64,000 nucleotides of DNA from positions 1,304 through 65,303 of the forward strand of contig JAJYWO010000010.1 of the NCBI GenBank assembly GCA_021791445.1. Reading direction: 5' to 3'. Under the pieces are notes generated by a model that saw only the letters and a list, made by a program, of their open reading frames with translations, made no database searches and was not told the DNA's origin. The DNA comes from a bacterium. GTDB taxonomy: Bacteria > Patescibacteriota > Minisyncoccia > UBA6257 > UBA9933. This document shows, in pieces, positions 1 through 9,406 of the stretch. Each line of letters starts with the position of its first letter. The first letter of the stretch is position 1. Made by a program: the position numbers and the translations under genes.

Positions 1-2287
1 CCACTGAAACATCGCCCGAAGTGGTAATCGTGTGCTTTACCGTGTAACCGCTATTAGCAGCCGTACCCTGCAAGGTCGCGCTGTTTCCGTCTTTGTCAGT
101 CGCGGTAATGTTAGACGAGTTCACCGCGGCAACGTAGAAATAATAAACATCGCCGTTAGTGGCATTCGCCGAAATACTGCCTTTCAAGGTCAAAACCTTG
201 GTGCTGCCTTTGGTAATTGTCAAATTCAAATTATCAAAGGTGGTGGTCAAAGCCGTAGCATCCAACGATTTAACGTCAGAAATCTTGGTTGAACCGTCAT
301 ACAAAGCCAAGCTCTGAACCTCGCCTGAAGTCAAAGTTCCGGAAGTGGAAGAAGCCGTCACTTTGACCGAGCTCAATTTAATATCGCTGGCAATCGCTCG
401 GAAGCTGAAGCCGATAAGGTTTTTATCGCTGGCTCCCTGAACATAGGTCTGAGAGCTCGGGCTGGCTGCCAACTGAACATCAAGAGTCGGGACTTTGACA
501 GTTTGCTGGTTTCCGGCAATCGCGCTGTTAGGCACGATGTTGGAAGTGGCAACAAACTGGTTGTTGTCCAAGTTCTTGATATCGCTGGATTCAAACGCAG
601 ATAATGTGACAGTGATTGTGTCATTAGTGTCATTATCAGAATCAACGTCAGCCGTTATCTTAAAGGTCTTGGAAGTGCCCGCGCTAATGTTAATAACATC
701 AGTGAAGGTTTGCGTTGTGGTTGTTGAAATATCCACAGCGCTGGTCACAACCGAATTATTGGAAGTGTCCCAGACCTTGAAATCATTGAATCCTTCGCCC
801 GATTCCATACCAGTTGTAGTAATGCTGGTTCTCAAGTTGCGGATTTCAATGTTATTCTTGGCGGCAATGGTGAAGTTATACAACGCCACGTCTTGTCCGC
901 GCAAAGCGATATCGCCGACAACCGGACCGTTAAAGGTAATGGTCACGTCGCCTCCGGAAAGCGTAATTGCGTGCGCTTCCGAAGAAGTGTCAAGACCGGT
1001 AATGGTCGGGTCAACCGGATAGCCATAGGTTTTGCCAGTGGCTTGAACATCGCCTTTGCTGTCAAAGTAGAGCTTGATTGTGTCGCTCGATTTGGCAGCG
1101 CCGGAAATGTCAACGTAAACCTTTAAGGTTTTTTCCTGTCCTTTTTCAATGACATACGGAGTGTCAAAGGTAAAGGTGACCAGGTCTTTGGCGCCAACTG
1201 CGCTGGCTTTCGCCAAAACAGCGCCAACTGCATCCTTCAAAACAAAATTGGAAAGATTGCTGTTGGAAATGGTGCCGCCTTGAGTCATGGCAAGTTGCGT
1301 AACCGAAACGTCTTCGGTTGAACCGGCCGTTAATTTGAATTCCGAAACCTGGGCATTAAGTTGGCCAACATAAGGATTGGAAATCGAGCCGGTTGAAGTA
1401 GCAGTAATGCTTCCAACCGCCTGACCGCCAATGGTCATTGTGTTGCTAACTAAAGAGCCTGTTGGTGTCGGATTGCCGGCAACGCTCACTAATTCAAAAT
1501 AGTGATTGTTGTTAGCGGTAGCTGAAGATGAAACATCAGCTTTCAAACTCAATGTCTTAACTCCGTCAACAGCAATGCTTAAATTGACGAAAGTGATTTC
1601 ATGAGTCGTTGAATTGATGCTGCGGCCGCTGGTCAAACGGCTGTTTCCATCGTAAAGATAGAAGCCGGTTGAAGCGAAATCCGCGGTCGCGCCAATTCCT
1701 TTTCTCTTAAATGTAAGAGAAGTAACTGTTCCCTTTCCGGAAACTGTGAATTTCAACATTTCAACGCCAGCCGCTCCTTTCGGAATGGTGGCGCCTGACG
1801 GATTACCCGAAGCCAAAGCGATAGCTAAACCGCTTGTCGGAACTGTCGGGATTGCCGGGATTGCCGGAGTCGCCGGAGCAGCGGCCAAAGAATTGACATA
1901 AGCTCTGCTCTTCGGACCGAAATATCCGGCGGCCGGAGAAATTCCAACCGAGGCCTGATATTTAGCCAAAGAGGTTTTAGTCAAGTTTCCAAAGTAACCC
2001 TTAGCAACGCCAGCAGGCATTGTCAAAACTCCTTTGGATTCCAAAAAGCTCTGCAAATCCGTAACAGCGCTTCCTTTTGAACCAATTGTTAAATCAGTCG
2101 TAAAGTTATACGCAGCCGGAGCAGCAGTGCTCTGACCCAATTGGGTTTGCAACGCAGTAATCTGCGCCAACAAAGCCGCAATTTGAGCTTGCAATTCTTC
2201 CACGGTCGCAGCTTGAACGCTGGAACCAGCAACTGTCACTGCCAAAGCGGCAGCAACGAATATTGTGGAAAATTTTTTAATACTCAT
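1..2287 (-). CDS. Large secreted surface protein, C-terminus off the window edge. It has an N-terminal signal peptide (MSIKKFSTIFVAAALAVTVAGSSVQA), a coiled-coil, a putative peptidoglycan-binding domain (DLTIGSKGSAVTDLQSFLESKGV...), then Thr/Ser/Gly-rich Ig-like repeats
   Basis: Manual reverse-strand translation from ATG at 2287 stays open to position 1. The ORF track appears to omit edge-truncated ORFs. Only short spurious ORFs lie on other frames here. The region is visibly more GC-rich than its surroundings. Confidence 0.7.
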   Translation of the reverse strand, partial: MSIKKFSTIFVAAALAVTVAGSSVQAATVEELQAQIAALLAQITALQTQLGQSTAAPAAYNFTTDLTIGSKGSAVTDLQSFLESKGVLTMPAGVAKGYFGNLTKTSLAKYQASVGISPAAGYFGPKSRAYVNSLAAAPATPAIPAIPTVPTSGLAIALASGNPSGATIPKGAAGVEMLKFTVSGKGTVTSLTFKRKGIGATADFASTGFYLYDGNSRLTSGRSINSTTHEITFVNLSIAVDGVKTLSLKADVSSSATANNNHYFELVSVAGNPTPTGSLVSNTMTIGGQAVGSITATSTGSISNPYVGQLNAQVSEFKLTAGSTEDVSVTQLAMTQGGTISNSNLSNFVLKDAVGAVLAKASAVGAKDLVTFTFDTPYVIEKGQEKTLKVYVDISGAAKSSDTIKLYFDSKGDVQATGKTYGYPVDPTITGLDTSSEAHAITLSGGDVTITFNGPVVGDIALRGQDVALYNFTIAAKNNIEIRNLRTSITTTGMESGEGFNDFKVWDTSNNSVVTSAVDISTTTTQTFTDVINISAGTSKTFKITADVDSDNDTNDTITVTLSAFESSDIKNLDNNQFVATSNIVPNSAIAGNQQTVKVPTLDVQLAASPSSQTYVQGASDKNLIGFSFRAIASDIKLSSVKVTASSTSGTLTSGEVQSLALYDGSTKISDVKSLDATALTTTFDNLNLTITKGSTKVLTLKGSISANATNGDVYYFYVAAVNSSNITATDKDGNSATLQGTAANSGYTVKHTITTSGDVSV

Positions 2288-2687
2288 TTATTTTTGTAAG
2301 TTTTTGTTTGCTGAATGAAACAGTGAGGTCGTTACAATTCAGACATAAATTAAGTTTATTTCTGGAAGATTGTCTCCGCAAACCATCGACCGCCGAAACG
2401 GCGATTTACAGAACAACCGTGGTATCTTTTAAAAATTAAAAATCTCACAAAAGTGAGACTCTGTCTTGGTTTTTAAGCGTCAGGTTTTAAGTGTTAGTAA
2501 AAACACTACTCCACAGTTAAAAACTGTGGACTAAAAACCATAATCTTAAAACCCAGATTCGGCCTCACTCCAAATCTTGATTTTTAATTGTAATTTTATT
2601 ATACGGTTATCCCGAACAGCGTCAATGGTTCTGCTGTGGATAACCTGTATACAATATATAACGATAAAAACGCTAAAATGTTACATC

Positions 2688-3488
2688 CTACGGTTGCCAT
2701 TTGGATGCTATAAAAACAATGACGCTGAAAAGCAGAATAATCGTCGCGTTTTTCAAGATAACTTGCCTGTTAAGGTCTCCCCGCAAATGGGAAACGGTCA
2801 AATCTTTCAAAACCAAAACCGCTGCCAGAGAAATGGCGGCGGAATTCAAAAACCCCACCGGCAAATAAGAAACCGCCAAAACAAACTGGGAAACCAGAGC
2901 CGCCAAACTGGCTGAAAAAAGATTAATATCGCGTCCCGGACGCGATATGATTGATTCGCGAAAAAGCAGAAAAAAAGACAAAACAGCCGAGGTATATCCC
3001 CAAAAAATCCATCCCGATGACTTATCGGCCATAAAAAAAATAATAAAAACCAAAAAGAAAACAAAATTATTCAGAAATTCATAAACAGAAGCGCGGTGAA
3101 TAAAAATCAGATTTTTTATCCCTAAAAAAGCGAAAAATGCCAAGCCGAAAACCGCGGCGACGACAAAATTCCACTTAACCGATTCTGCTGGCAAACGGCT
3201 GATTGTCAAAAGCGCGGCAATCAAAAAAATCAAAAAAGAAAAAAAATATTTTTTCGCTTCGAAAAAAGGCCTCAAATAAAAATAAAAAGCGAGCGCGATA
3301 AAAAGAAAAAACGCGCCGAAACTTCGGCTGTTGCCGAAAAACGCCAAAGCCAGCGAAAAAACAATCGCTTTACCCCCCGCGCTAAACAAGTTGCAATGAG
3401 AAAAAAATAAATTTTTAAAAAGCATAACAATAATAAGCAACCGCAAAATTATTTCTGAAACCTTAACGGAAGCGCAGCCCCGCTGCAA
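2688..3488 (-). CDS. Polytopic Phe-rich integral membrane protein of unknown function. The real start is probably the internal Met at 3425, because the upstream 60 nt belong to a repeat element
   Basis: Long hydrophobic ORF with at least 7 predicted TM segments. The N-terminal 21 codons (MQRGCASVKVSEII...) are also found translated from the repeat copy at 27541-27625. Confidence 0.55.
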   Translation of the reverse strand: MQRGCASVKVSEIILRLLIIVMLFKNLFFSHCNLFSAGGKAIVFSLALAFFGNSRSFGAFFLFIALAFYFYLRPFFEAKKYFFSFLIFLIAALLTISRLPAESVKWNFVVAAVFGLAFFAFLGIKNLIFIHRASVYEFLNNFVFFLVFIIFFMADKSSGWIFWGYTSAVLSFFLLFRESIISRPGRDINLFSASLAALVSQFVLAVSYLPVGFLNSAAISLAAVLVLKDLTVSHLRGDLNRQVILKNATIILLFSVIVFIASKWQP

Positions 3489-3528
3489 GCGGGGTGTGAG
3501 CGGGTTGAAGAAATAATTTTGCGGTTGC
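3437..3528. repeat. GC-rich hairpin element, copy 1. A 19-bp outer inverted repeat (gcaaccgcaaaattatttc / gaaataattttgcggttgc) encloses an inner GC hairpin (ccccgctgcaagcgggg). It sits immediately downstream of the clpB stop and is terminator-like
   Basis: Perfect inverted repeats read directly. About 85% identical over ~85 nt to the reverse complement of 27541-27625. Confidence 0.7.
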
Positions 3529-3538
3529 GCCCAGAACC

Positions 3539-6178
3539 TTAAACGCCAATCGTAATGCCGGATTCTTTGAAACCGAGTTTAATTTTTTTAGCATCTTTAA
3601 GTTCGCCTTTGATTATTTTATTCGCCAATTCGTCAAGAATCAATTTTTGAATCGCTCTTTTAATGGGCCGGGCGCCGTATTCCGAATCAAAACCGACATC
3701 AATAATGCGCTCTTTAAGGGAATTGTCCACGCTGATTTTAAACCCGCGCCCCGCCAATCTCTCTTTAAGTTCATCCAGTTGAAGGTCAACTATTTTGCCG
3801 ATTTCCGCTTTGGTAAGAGGATTGAAAATAATTATTTCATCCAGCCGATTGAGAAATTCCGGACGAAAAGTTTCTTGCAAAGCTTCCTGCGCGCGCTGTT
3901 TGAAACGCTCAAGCGCCTTATTGGTCCCATCCGCCTCGCCGCCGACATCAAATCCAAAACCCGCTTTTGAAGCTTCTTTGAAATATTCGCTGCCGACATT
4001 GGAAGTCAAAACAATTATGGAGTTTTTGAAATTGACGGTTTTGCCCTTGCCATCGGTGAGCCGGCCGTTATCCAAAACCTGAAGCAAAAGATTAAAAACT
4101 TCGGGATGCGCTTTTTCTATTTCATCAAAAAGAATCAGACTGTACGGCCGATGCCTTACGATTTCGGTCAATTGGCCGCCTTCTTCGTGTCCCACATAGC
4201 CGGGAGGAGAACCGATAAGCCGGCTTACGCTGTGCCGCTCCATATATTCAGACATATCAATCCGCACCAGCGCTTTTTCGTCATTAAACATAAATTCCGC
4301 CAAAGCCCGCACCAATTCGGTTTTGCCGACTCCGGTCGGACCTAAAAACATAAAACTGCCCAAGGGCCGATCTTCCGGCGCGAGTCCGGCGCGCTGGCGA
4401 CGCAAAGCGTGGGCAATGGCTTTAATCGCGTCCGTTTGGCCGATTACTCTTTGAGAAAGAACTTCTTCTATTTTGGAAAGTTTTTCCATTTCGGTTTGCA
4501 GCATCTTGTCAGTCGGCACGCCGGTCCAACGCGAAACAACCGCGGCAATATCTTCCTCGTCAACCACTTCCTTAATAAAACTATCGGACTTATTGGCCTT
4601 ATAAGTCTTATTTTCATACGCCTTAAATTCTTTCTCCGCTTGCGGCAATTCGCCGTAAAGTATTCGGGCTGTTTTTTCCAGATTGCCTTCGCGTTCCGCC
4701 ATCTCGGCGTCGCGCTTCAAATCTTCCACGCGCTTGCGCAAATTCCTGAAATTCTCAAAAGTTATTTTTTCTCCTTGCCATTTACCGGAGAGCCCGTCAT
4801 TTTTTTCTTTTAATTTCGCCAATTCCTTCTCAACTTCTTTTAATCGTGTTTTTGTTTTAGTCCCATTTCTATTTGATTCATTCAAAAGCGCGGATTTTTC
4901 TATTTCCAAACGGGTAATTTCCCTTCTGATTTTATCTATTTCCCGCGGAATGCTTTCGCTTTCCAATCTTCTGCCGGCTCCGGCTTCGTCAATCAAATCA
5001 ATCGCCTTATCCGGTAAAAACCTGTCGCTGATATAGCGACTGGAAAGATTCACCGCCGCCACAATCGCTTCGTCGCTGATGCGCAAACCATGATGCGATT
5101 CGTATTTTTCTTTCAAGCCGCGCAAAATGGCAACACTGTCTTCAATGGACGGCTCATCAACCATAATAGGCGCGAAGCGGCGTTCCAAAGCTGAATCTTT
5201 TTCAATATAACGCTGGTATTCTCTTATTGTGGTGGCGCCGATGGCCCGAAGTTCGCCGCGCGCCAAAGCCGGCTTCAATAAATTGGAAGCGTCAACCGTT
5301 CCTTCGGCCGCGCCCGCTCCCACAATCATATGAATTTCGTCTATAAATAGAATAATCTTGCCGCCGGACTGCTGGATTTCTTTCATAAACGCTTTTAATC
5401 TGTCTTCAAACTCGCCGCGGAATTTCGTACCCGCGATAAGCGCGCCCAAATCAAGCATCACGATTTCTTTGCCCTTCAACGGTTCCGGCACGTCTCCAGA
5501 AACAATTCTCTGCGCCAAACCTTCCACCACCGCGGTTTTGCCGACTCCGGGTTCGCCGATTAAAACCGGATTATTTTTCGTGCGACGGCTCAAAACCTGA
5601 ATAAGCCGACGAAGCTCTTCTTCGCGGCCGATAACCGGGTCAAGCTCGCCTTTCTTGGCGCGCTCCGTAAGATTGATGGCGTATTTTTCCAAAACCTGGA
5701 ATTTGCTTTCCGGCGCTTCATCGGTAATTCTTGCGGAACCGCGCAGCTGCGCCAAAATCCGGACCGCGGTTTCCTTGCGCAATCCGAAATTTTCCATGAT
5801 CGCGGCGGAAACAGAATTGCTTTCCAGAATCGCCAAAAGCATATGCTCGCAGGAAATAAATTCATCTTTTTGAATTGAAGCGATTTTCGCGGCCCTGTCC
5901 AAAACCCGCATTAATTCCTGCGCCAGATAAAGCTGAGCCGCGCCTCCGCCGCCGAAAATTTTCGGCTGTTTTTTCAATTCCTCATGAAGAATCTGGCTTA
6001 AATTTTCCAGATTAATTCCCGCCTTGATTATCAGCGGCCTGATTAAAGAACTTTCGTCCGAAAGCAAAGAAATCAATAAGTGGATAATTTTAAGCTCCCC
6101 GTGGTTTTCGCGAGCCGCTATGTCCTGGGCGTTTTGCAGCGCCTCCTGGGCCTTGATTGTAAAACGATGCATTTGCAT
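3539..6178 (-). CDS. clpB: ClpB / Hsp104-type AAA+ disaggregase. The track ORF extends to 6283; the start is probably [14 protein letters not shown] at 6178
   Basis: Two AAA+ modules with Walker A motifs [10 protein letters not shown] and [10 protein letters not shown], a Clp N-domain, and a long coiled-coil M-domain between NBD1 and NBD2. Total length ~880 aa. Confidence 0.93.
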   Translation of the reverse strand: MQMHRFTIKAQEALQNAQDIAARENHGELKIIHLLISLLSDESSLIRPLIIKAGINLENLSQILHEELKKQPKIFGGGGAAQLYLAQELMRVLDRAAKIASIQKDEFISCEHMLLAILESNSVSAAIMENFGLRKETAVRILAQLRGSARITDEAPESKFQVLEKYAINLTERAKKGELDPVIGREEELRRLIQVLSRRTKNNPVLIGEPGVGKTAVVEGLAQRIVSGDVPEPLKGKEIVMLDLGALIAGTKFRGEFEDRLKAFMKEIQQSGGKIILFIDEIHMIVGAGAAEGTVDASNLLKPALARGELRAIGATTIREYQRYIEKDSALERRFAPIMVDEPSIEDSVAILRGLKEKYESHHGLRISDEAIVAAVNLSSRYISDRFLPDKAIDLIDEAGAGRRLESESIPREIDKIRREITRLEIEKSALLNESNRNGTKTKTRLKEVEKELAKLKEKNDGLSGKWQGEKITFENFRNLRKRVEDLKRDAEMAEREGNLEKTARILYGELPQAEKEFKAYENKTYKANKSDSFIKEVVDEEDIAAVVSRWTGVPTDKMLQTEMEKLSKIEEVLSQRVIGQTDAIKAIAHALRRQRAGLAPEDRPLGSFMFLGPTGVGKTELVRALAEFMFNDEKALVRIDMSEYMERHSVSRLIGSPPGYVGHEEGGQLTEIVRHRPYSLILFDEIEKAHPEVFNLLLQVLDNGRLTDGKGKTVNFKNSIIVLTSNVGSEYFKEASKAGFGFDVGGEADGTNKALERFKQRAQEALQETFRPEFLNRLDEIIIFNPLTKAEIGKIVDLQLDELKERLAGRGFKISVDNSLKERIIDVGFDSEYGARPIKRAIQKLILDELANKIIKGELKDAKKIKLGFKESGITIGV

Positions 6179-6211
6179 ATTTATTAATATTAATCTTTTT
6201 TTGCGATTTTC

Positions 6212-6259
6212 AAAAGTATAACATTTTATCGCCGATCGGCAACGATTTGTTATACTTTT
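6212..6259. repeat. 48-bp imperfect palindromic intergenic repeat, copy 1: AAAAGTATAACA...GCCGATCGGC...TGTTATACTTTT
   Basis: Sequence read directly. Related copies at 7633-7680 (exact reverse complement), 9359-9406 and 46169-46216. Confidence 0.8.
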
Positions 6260-6322
6260 ATCGATACGGCATATTATAATCAATGCTAAACAATTTTCAA
6301 GTTTTATGCTTAAATCTCTATT

Positions 6323-7642
6323 ATGAATAGAATCTATTTTGATTATGCGGCAACAACGCCTATGGACCCGCTAGTGAAAAAAGCGATGGCGCCTTATTTC
6401 TCCGATCGATTTGGAAATCCCGGCTCGCTTCACTCTTTCGGCCAAGAAGCCATGGCGATGGTTGACGAATCGCGCGAAAAAATCGCCAAAGCTGTTAATG
6501 CGGATTTTCGGGAAATAATTTTTACGGGATCGGCCACTGAAGCGAACAACTTGGCGCTGCGCGGCATTGTAAGGGCGGCTCGGCTATTTTCTGACGGAAC
6601 CGGGCGTTCGCTCGCTCCAGCGGCGAGCGCCGCCCTTGACCTCTCGGCGGCGCGCCTGCCTTCGGTAGACCAAGCGCGCGCCGCCTCCGAGACATTCCGC
6701 ACGAAAACAGCCGAGCCACCCTACAGAATTATAATTAGTAAAATAGAACACGATTCAATTTTGGAAACCGCGCGCGACCTTGAACGCGACGGCATTGAAG
6801 TAATCTATCTACCCGTCAATAAAAATGGGCTTATTGATTTAGAAAAACTGAAAAAATCGCTCAATGAGCGGACGATTTTGGTTTCCATAATGCACGCAAA
6901 TAATGAAATAGGGACTATCCAACCAATCGCGGAAATTGCGAAAATTATAAAACAATTCAAAAACAACAAAGAAAAATTTTTTTCGACCTATCCACTTTTT
7001 CACACTGACGCTGTCCAAGCTTTTCAATTCCTGAATTGCGACGTCAATAAACTCGGCGTTGATTTAATGACTTTATCCGCGCATAAAATTTACGGCCCAA
7101 AAGGAATCGGATGTTTATATGTAAAATCCCAAAATTCTAAATTCAATCCGCCAGCTGGCGGACTAAATCCAATTATCACCGGCGGCGGGCAAGAATTCGG
7201 CTTGCGCTCCGGCACGGAAAATGTTCCGGCAATCGCCGGATTCGCCAAAGCCATTGAACTCGTCTCTAATTCGCGCGAATTAGAGAATAAACGCGTTAAA
7301 CAACTTGCCGATTATTTTTGGGAAGAAATTAAAAAAATAGAGCCGAAAGCGGAAATAAATGGAATGTTAAATGCCAATAAATTGCCGAATATTTTAAACA
7401 TTTGTTTCCCCGGTCAGAATGCGCAAGATTTGCTGATAAAACTTGATTTGAACGGCGTGGCGGTTTCCAGCGGCTCGGCTTGTTCGGCGCGCGCCACCAA
7501 ACCGTCGCATGTTCTCAAAGCCATCGGCTTAAGCGACAAAAAAATTAAAAGCAGTTTGCGTTTTAGTTTGGGAAAATTCATGACCAAAAACGAATTAAAC
7601 CGCGCGCTCAAAATAATAAACAGGATATTAAAAAAAGTATAA
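6323..7642 (+). CDS. iscS: Cysteine desulfurase (NifS/IscS family, PLP-dependent) carrying a 47-codon GC-rich in-frame insertion
   Basis: PLP-lysine motif [12 protein letters not shown] and active-site Cys loop SSGSACSA. N-terminal region shows the aminotransferase class V pattern. Confidence 0.88.
   Translation: MNRIYFDYAATTPMDPLVKKAMAPYFSDRFGNPGSLHSFGQEAMAMVDESREKIAKAVNADFREIIFTGSATEANNLALRGIVRAARLFSDGTGRSLAPAASAALDLSAARLPSVDQARAASETFRTKTAEPPYRIIISKIEHDSILETARDLERDGIEVIYLPVNKNGLIDLEKLKKSLNERTILVSIMHANNEIGTIQPIAEIAKIIKQFKNNKEKFFSTYPLFHTDAVQAFQFLNCDVNKLGVDLMTLSAHKIYGPKGIGCLYVKSQNSKFNPPAGGLNPIITGGGQEFGLRSGTENVPAIAGFAKAIELVSNSRELENKRVKQLADYFWEEIKKIEPKAEINGMLNANKLPNILNICFPGQNAQDLLIKLDLNGVAVSSGSACSARATKPSHVLKAIGLSDKKIKSSLRFSLGKFMTKNELNRALKIINRILKKV
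6577..6717. repeat. 141-bp GC-rich palindromic element inserted in-frame within iscS. Its 15-bp terminal inverted repeats are ggctcggctattttc / gaaaacagccgagcc
   Basis: Sharp local GC jump. Length is divisible by 3. It encodes a low-complexity Ala/Ser/Arg stretch ([48 protein letters not shown]) where IscS homologues have a short loop. Shares the cgttcgctcgc motif with the element at 40504-40643. Confidence 0.65.
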
Positions 7643-7680
7643 CAAATCGTTGCCGATCGGCGATAAAATGTTATACTTTT
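7633..7680. repeat. 48-bp palindromic intergenic repeat, copy 2. It is the reverse complement of copy 1, so iscS is flanked by inverted copies
   Basis: Direct sequence comparison. Confidence 0.8.
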
Positions 7681-7686
7681 AAAATA

Positions 7687-8091
7687 ATGAACATAAATAA
7701 AAAAATTGACGCTAAAATTTTTAAAGCCTATGATATTCGCGGCATTTATCCGGACGAAATAAACGAAGAAATTGTTTCGGAAATAATTGCGGCGGTCGTT
7801 AAAAATTTCAAACCGAAAAAAATTATTATCGGCCACGACGCCCGCCTAAGTTCGCCAAAACTTTATCAGGCGCTAATAAAGCAATTTAAAATTTTAAATT
7901 TAAAATTTAAAATTATACCCACCGGCTTAATAACAACTCCCATGCTTTATTTTTTGACAAACTATTCCAATGCCGACCTCGGCATAATGATTACCGCTTC
8001 ACACAATCCCAAACAATATAACGGCTTAAAAATCGTCGGCAAAAACGCCGTTCCTATAAGCGGAAAACAAATATGGAAAATAATTTCATAA
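7687..8091 (+). CDS. Phosphomannomutase/phosphoglucomutase, N-terminal domain I fragment carrying the active-site Ser in TASHNP
   Basis: TASHNP phosphoserine motif. The frame ends at 8091 while domains II-IV continue in another frame from 8073. Confidence 0.75.
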   Translation: MNINKKIDAKIFKAYDIRGIYPDEINEEIVSEIIAAVVKNFKPKKIIIGHDARLSSPKLYQALIKQFKILNLKFKIIPTGLITTPMLYFLTNYSNADLGIMITASHNPKQYNGLKIVGKNAVPISGKQIWKIIS

Positions 8092-9008
8092 AAATTTACG
8101 CCAATTTTCTTAAAAAAAGAATCCAGCCACAGAAAAAATTAAAGGTGGTTTTTGATTGTTCTAATGGCGCTGTGGGACCAACTATTAAAAAATTACAAAT
8201 TACAAATCCCAAATTACAAATTTATCTTATTAACGAAAAACCGGACGGCAATTTCCCCGGACACGGACCCGACCCCTGGGCAAAAGGCGCGATGGAACAG
8301 CTTCAAAAAGAAGTTTTGCGGCAAAAAGCGGATTTGGGAGTTATTTTTGACGCTGACGGCGATAGAGTTTTTTTTATTGATAATCTTGGCTGTCCTGTTG
8401 AGCCGGATATTATCGCGCGTTTATTGATTTGGCATTTAAAGCCGCGCAAGGCGGTTTATGATATTCGCGCCGGCTGGCTCATTAAAAAATTAAAAATTGA
8501 AAACTTAAAATTGAAAACTTCGCGGGTGGGGCATTTTTACATTAAAAAACTAATGCGGAAAATCGGCGCGGATTTGGGCGTGGAAAAATCCGGACATTAT
8601 TATTTTGCCATCCGAAACTTTGACAAAGGAGAATTATATTACGACTCCGGAATTTTGGCGGCAATTGAAATTATAAACGCGGTTTCGAAATTGCCTTACT
8701 CTTTGGCGAATTTCATTGATTTGCTGCCACAATATTATAGAAGCGGAGAAATCAACATAAAATCTCAAATCTTAAATCTCAAATCTCAAAAATTATTTAA
8801 AGAGATTGAAAGAAAACTTAAAATTCAAAATTTAAAATTTAAAATTAATGTTTCTCATCTCGACGGCCTAACAATGGAATTTTTGGATTATTGGTTTAAC
8901 ATTCGGCCGTCAAACACCGAACCTTTAATAAGATTAAACATGGAAGCTGAAGACAAAAAAATTTTAGAAAAAAAGAAAAAAGAGTTAATAAAACTTTTAA
9001 AGAATTAA
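8073..9008 (+). CDS. Phosphomannomutase/phosphoglucomutase domains II-IV (DADGDR metal-binding loop). Together with 7687..8091 this is one gene broken by a frameshift near 8060-8095
   Basis: FDADGDRVFF Mg-binding loop and C-terminal domain IV. Overlaps the preceding fragment by 19 nt in a different frame. Confidence 0.75.
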   Translation: MENNFIKIYANFLKKRIQPQKKLKVVFDCSNGAVGPTIKKLQITNPKLQIYLINEKPDGNFPGHGPDPWAKGAMEQLQKEVLRQKADLGVIFDADGDRVFFIDNLGCPVEPDIIARLLIWHLKPRKAVYDIRAGWLIKKLKIENLKLKTSRVGHFYIKKLMRKIGADLGVEKSGHYYFAIRNFDKGELYYDSGILAAIEIINAVSKLPYSLANFIDLLPQYYRSGEINIKSQILNLKSQKLFKEIERKLKIQNLKFKINVSHLDGLTMEFLDYWFNIRPSNTEPLIRLNMEAEDKKILEKKKKELIKLLKN

Positions 9009-9352
9009 AAAATATGCGGCCAAAAAACGATTAAGCCGATAACCATTGCGCCCAAACTCGCCAACAAAACTATGGCCGCCATTAAATCTTTGATAATTCT
9101 CACCTTGTCGCTGTATTCCGGTTGAAGAAAATCCAAAAGTCGCTCAATCGCGATATTTATCAACTCCAAAGTTAAAACCGCAAAAATGGCGGTGGTGATA
9201 ACGGCTTTTTCCGTTCGGCTGGTCGGAAAATAAAACATTAAAAACACGGCCAATAAAGCGAAAAACAGCATTATTTTGAAATTCCTTTCAAAAATAAGGG
9301 TTTCTTTTAAGCCGTTTACGGCGTATTTTAAGCTGTCGCGAAGTTTTTTCAT
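9005..9352 (-). CDS. dgkA: Diacylglycerol kinase / undecaprenol kinase (DgkA family), a small 3-TM protein
   Basis: Size ~115 aa with three TM segments. Family-like motifs ELINIAIERLLD and KDLMAAIVLLASL. Confidence 0.65.
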   Translation of the reverse strand: MKKLRDSLKYAVNGLKETLIFERNFKIMLFFALLAVFLMFYFPTSRTEKAVITTAIFAVLTLELINIAIERLLDFLQPEYSDKVRIIKDLMAAIVLLASLGAMVIGLIVFWPHIF

Positions 9353-9358
9353 CTTTAA

Positions 9359-9406
9359 TAAAGTATAACATTTTACTGCCGATCGGCAATGGAATGTTAT
9401 ACTTTT
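9359..9406. repeat. 48-bp palindromic intergenic repeat, copy 3
   Basis: AAAGTATAACATTTTACTGCCGATCGGCAATGGAATGTTATACTTTTT. Confidence 0.8.

Noticed and set aside
6212-6259. Checked whether the palindrome upstream of clpB is a CIRCE (HrcA), HAIR (HspR) or CtsR heat-shock operator
   Set aside because: The sequence AAAGTATAACA...TGTTATACTTT does not match TTAGCACTC-N9-GAGTGCTAA, CTTGAGT-N7-ACTCAAG or GGTCAAA repeats. The same element also occurs next to folD/dgkA and other genes, so it is a general repeat.
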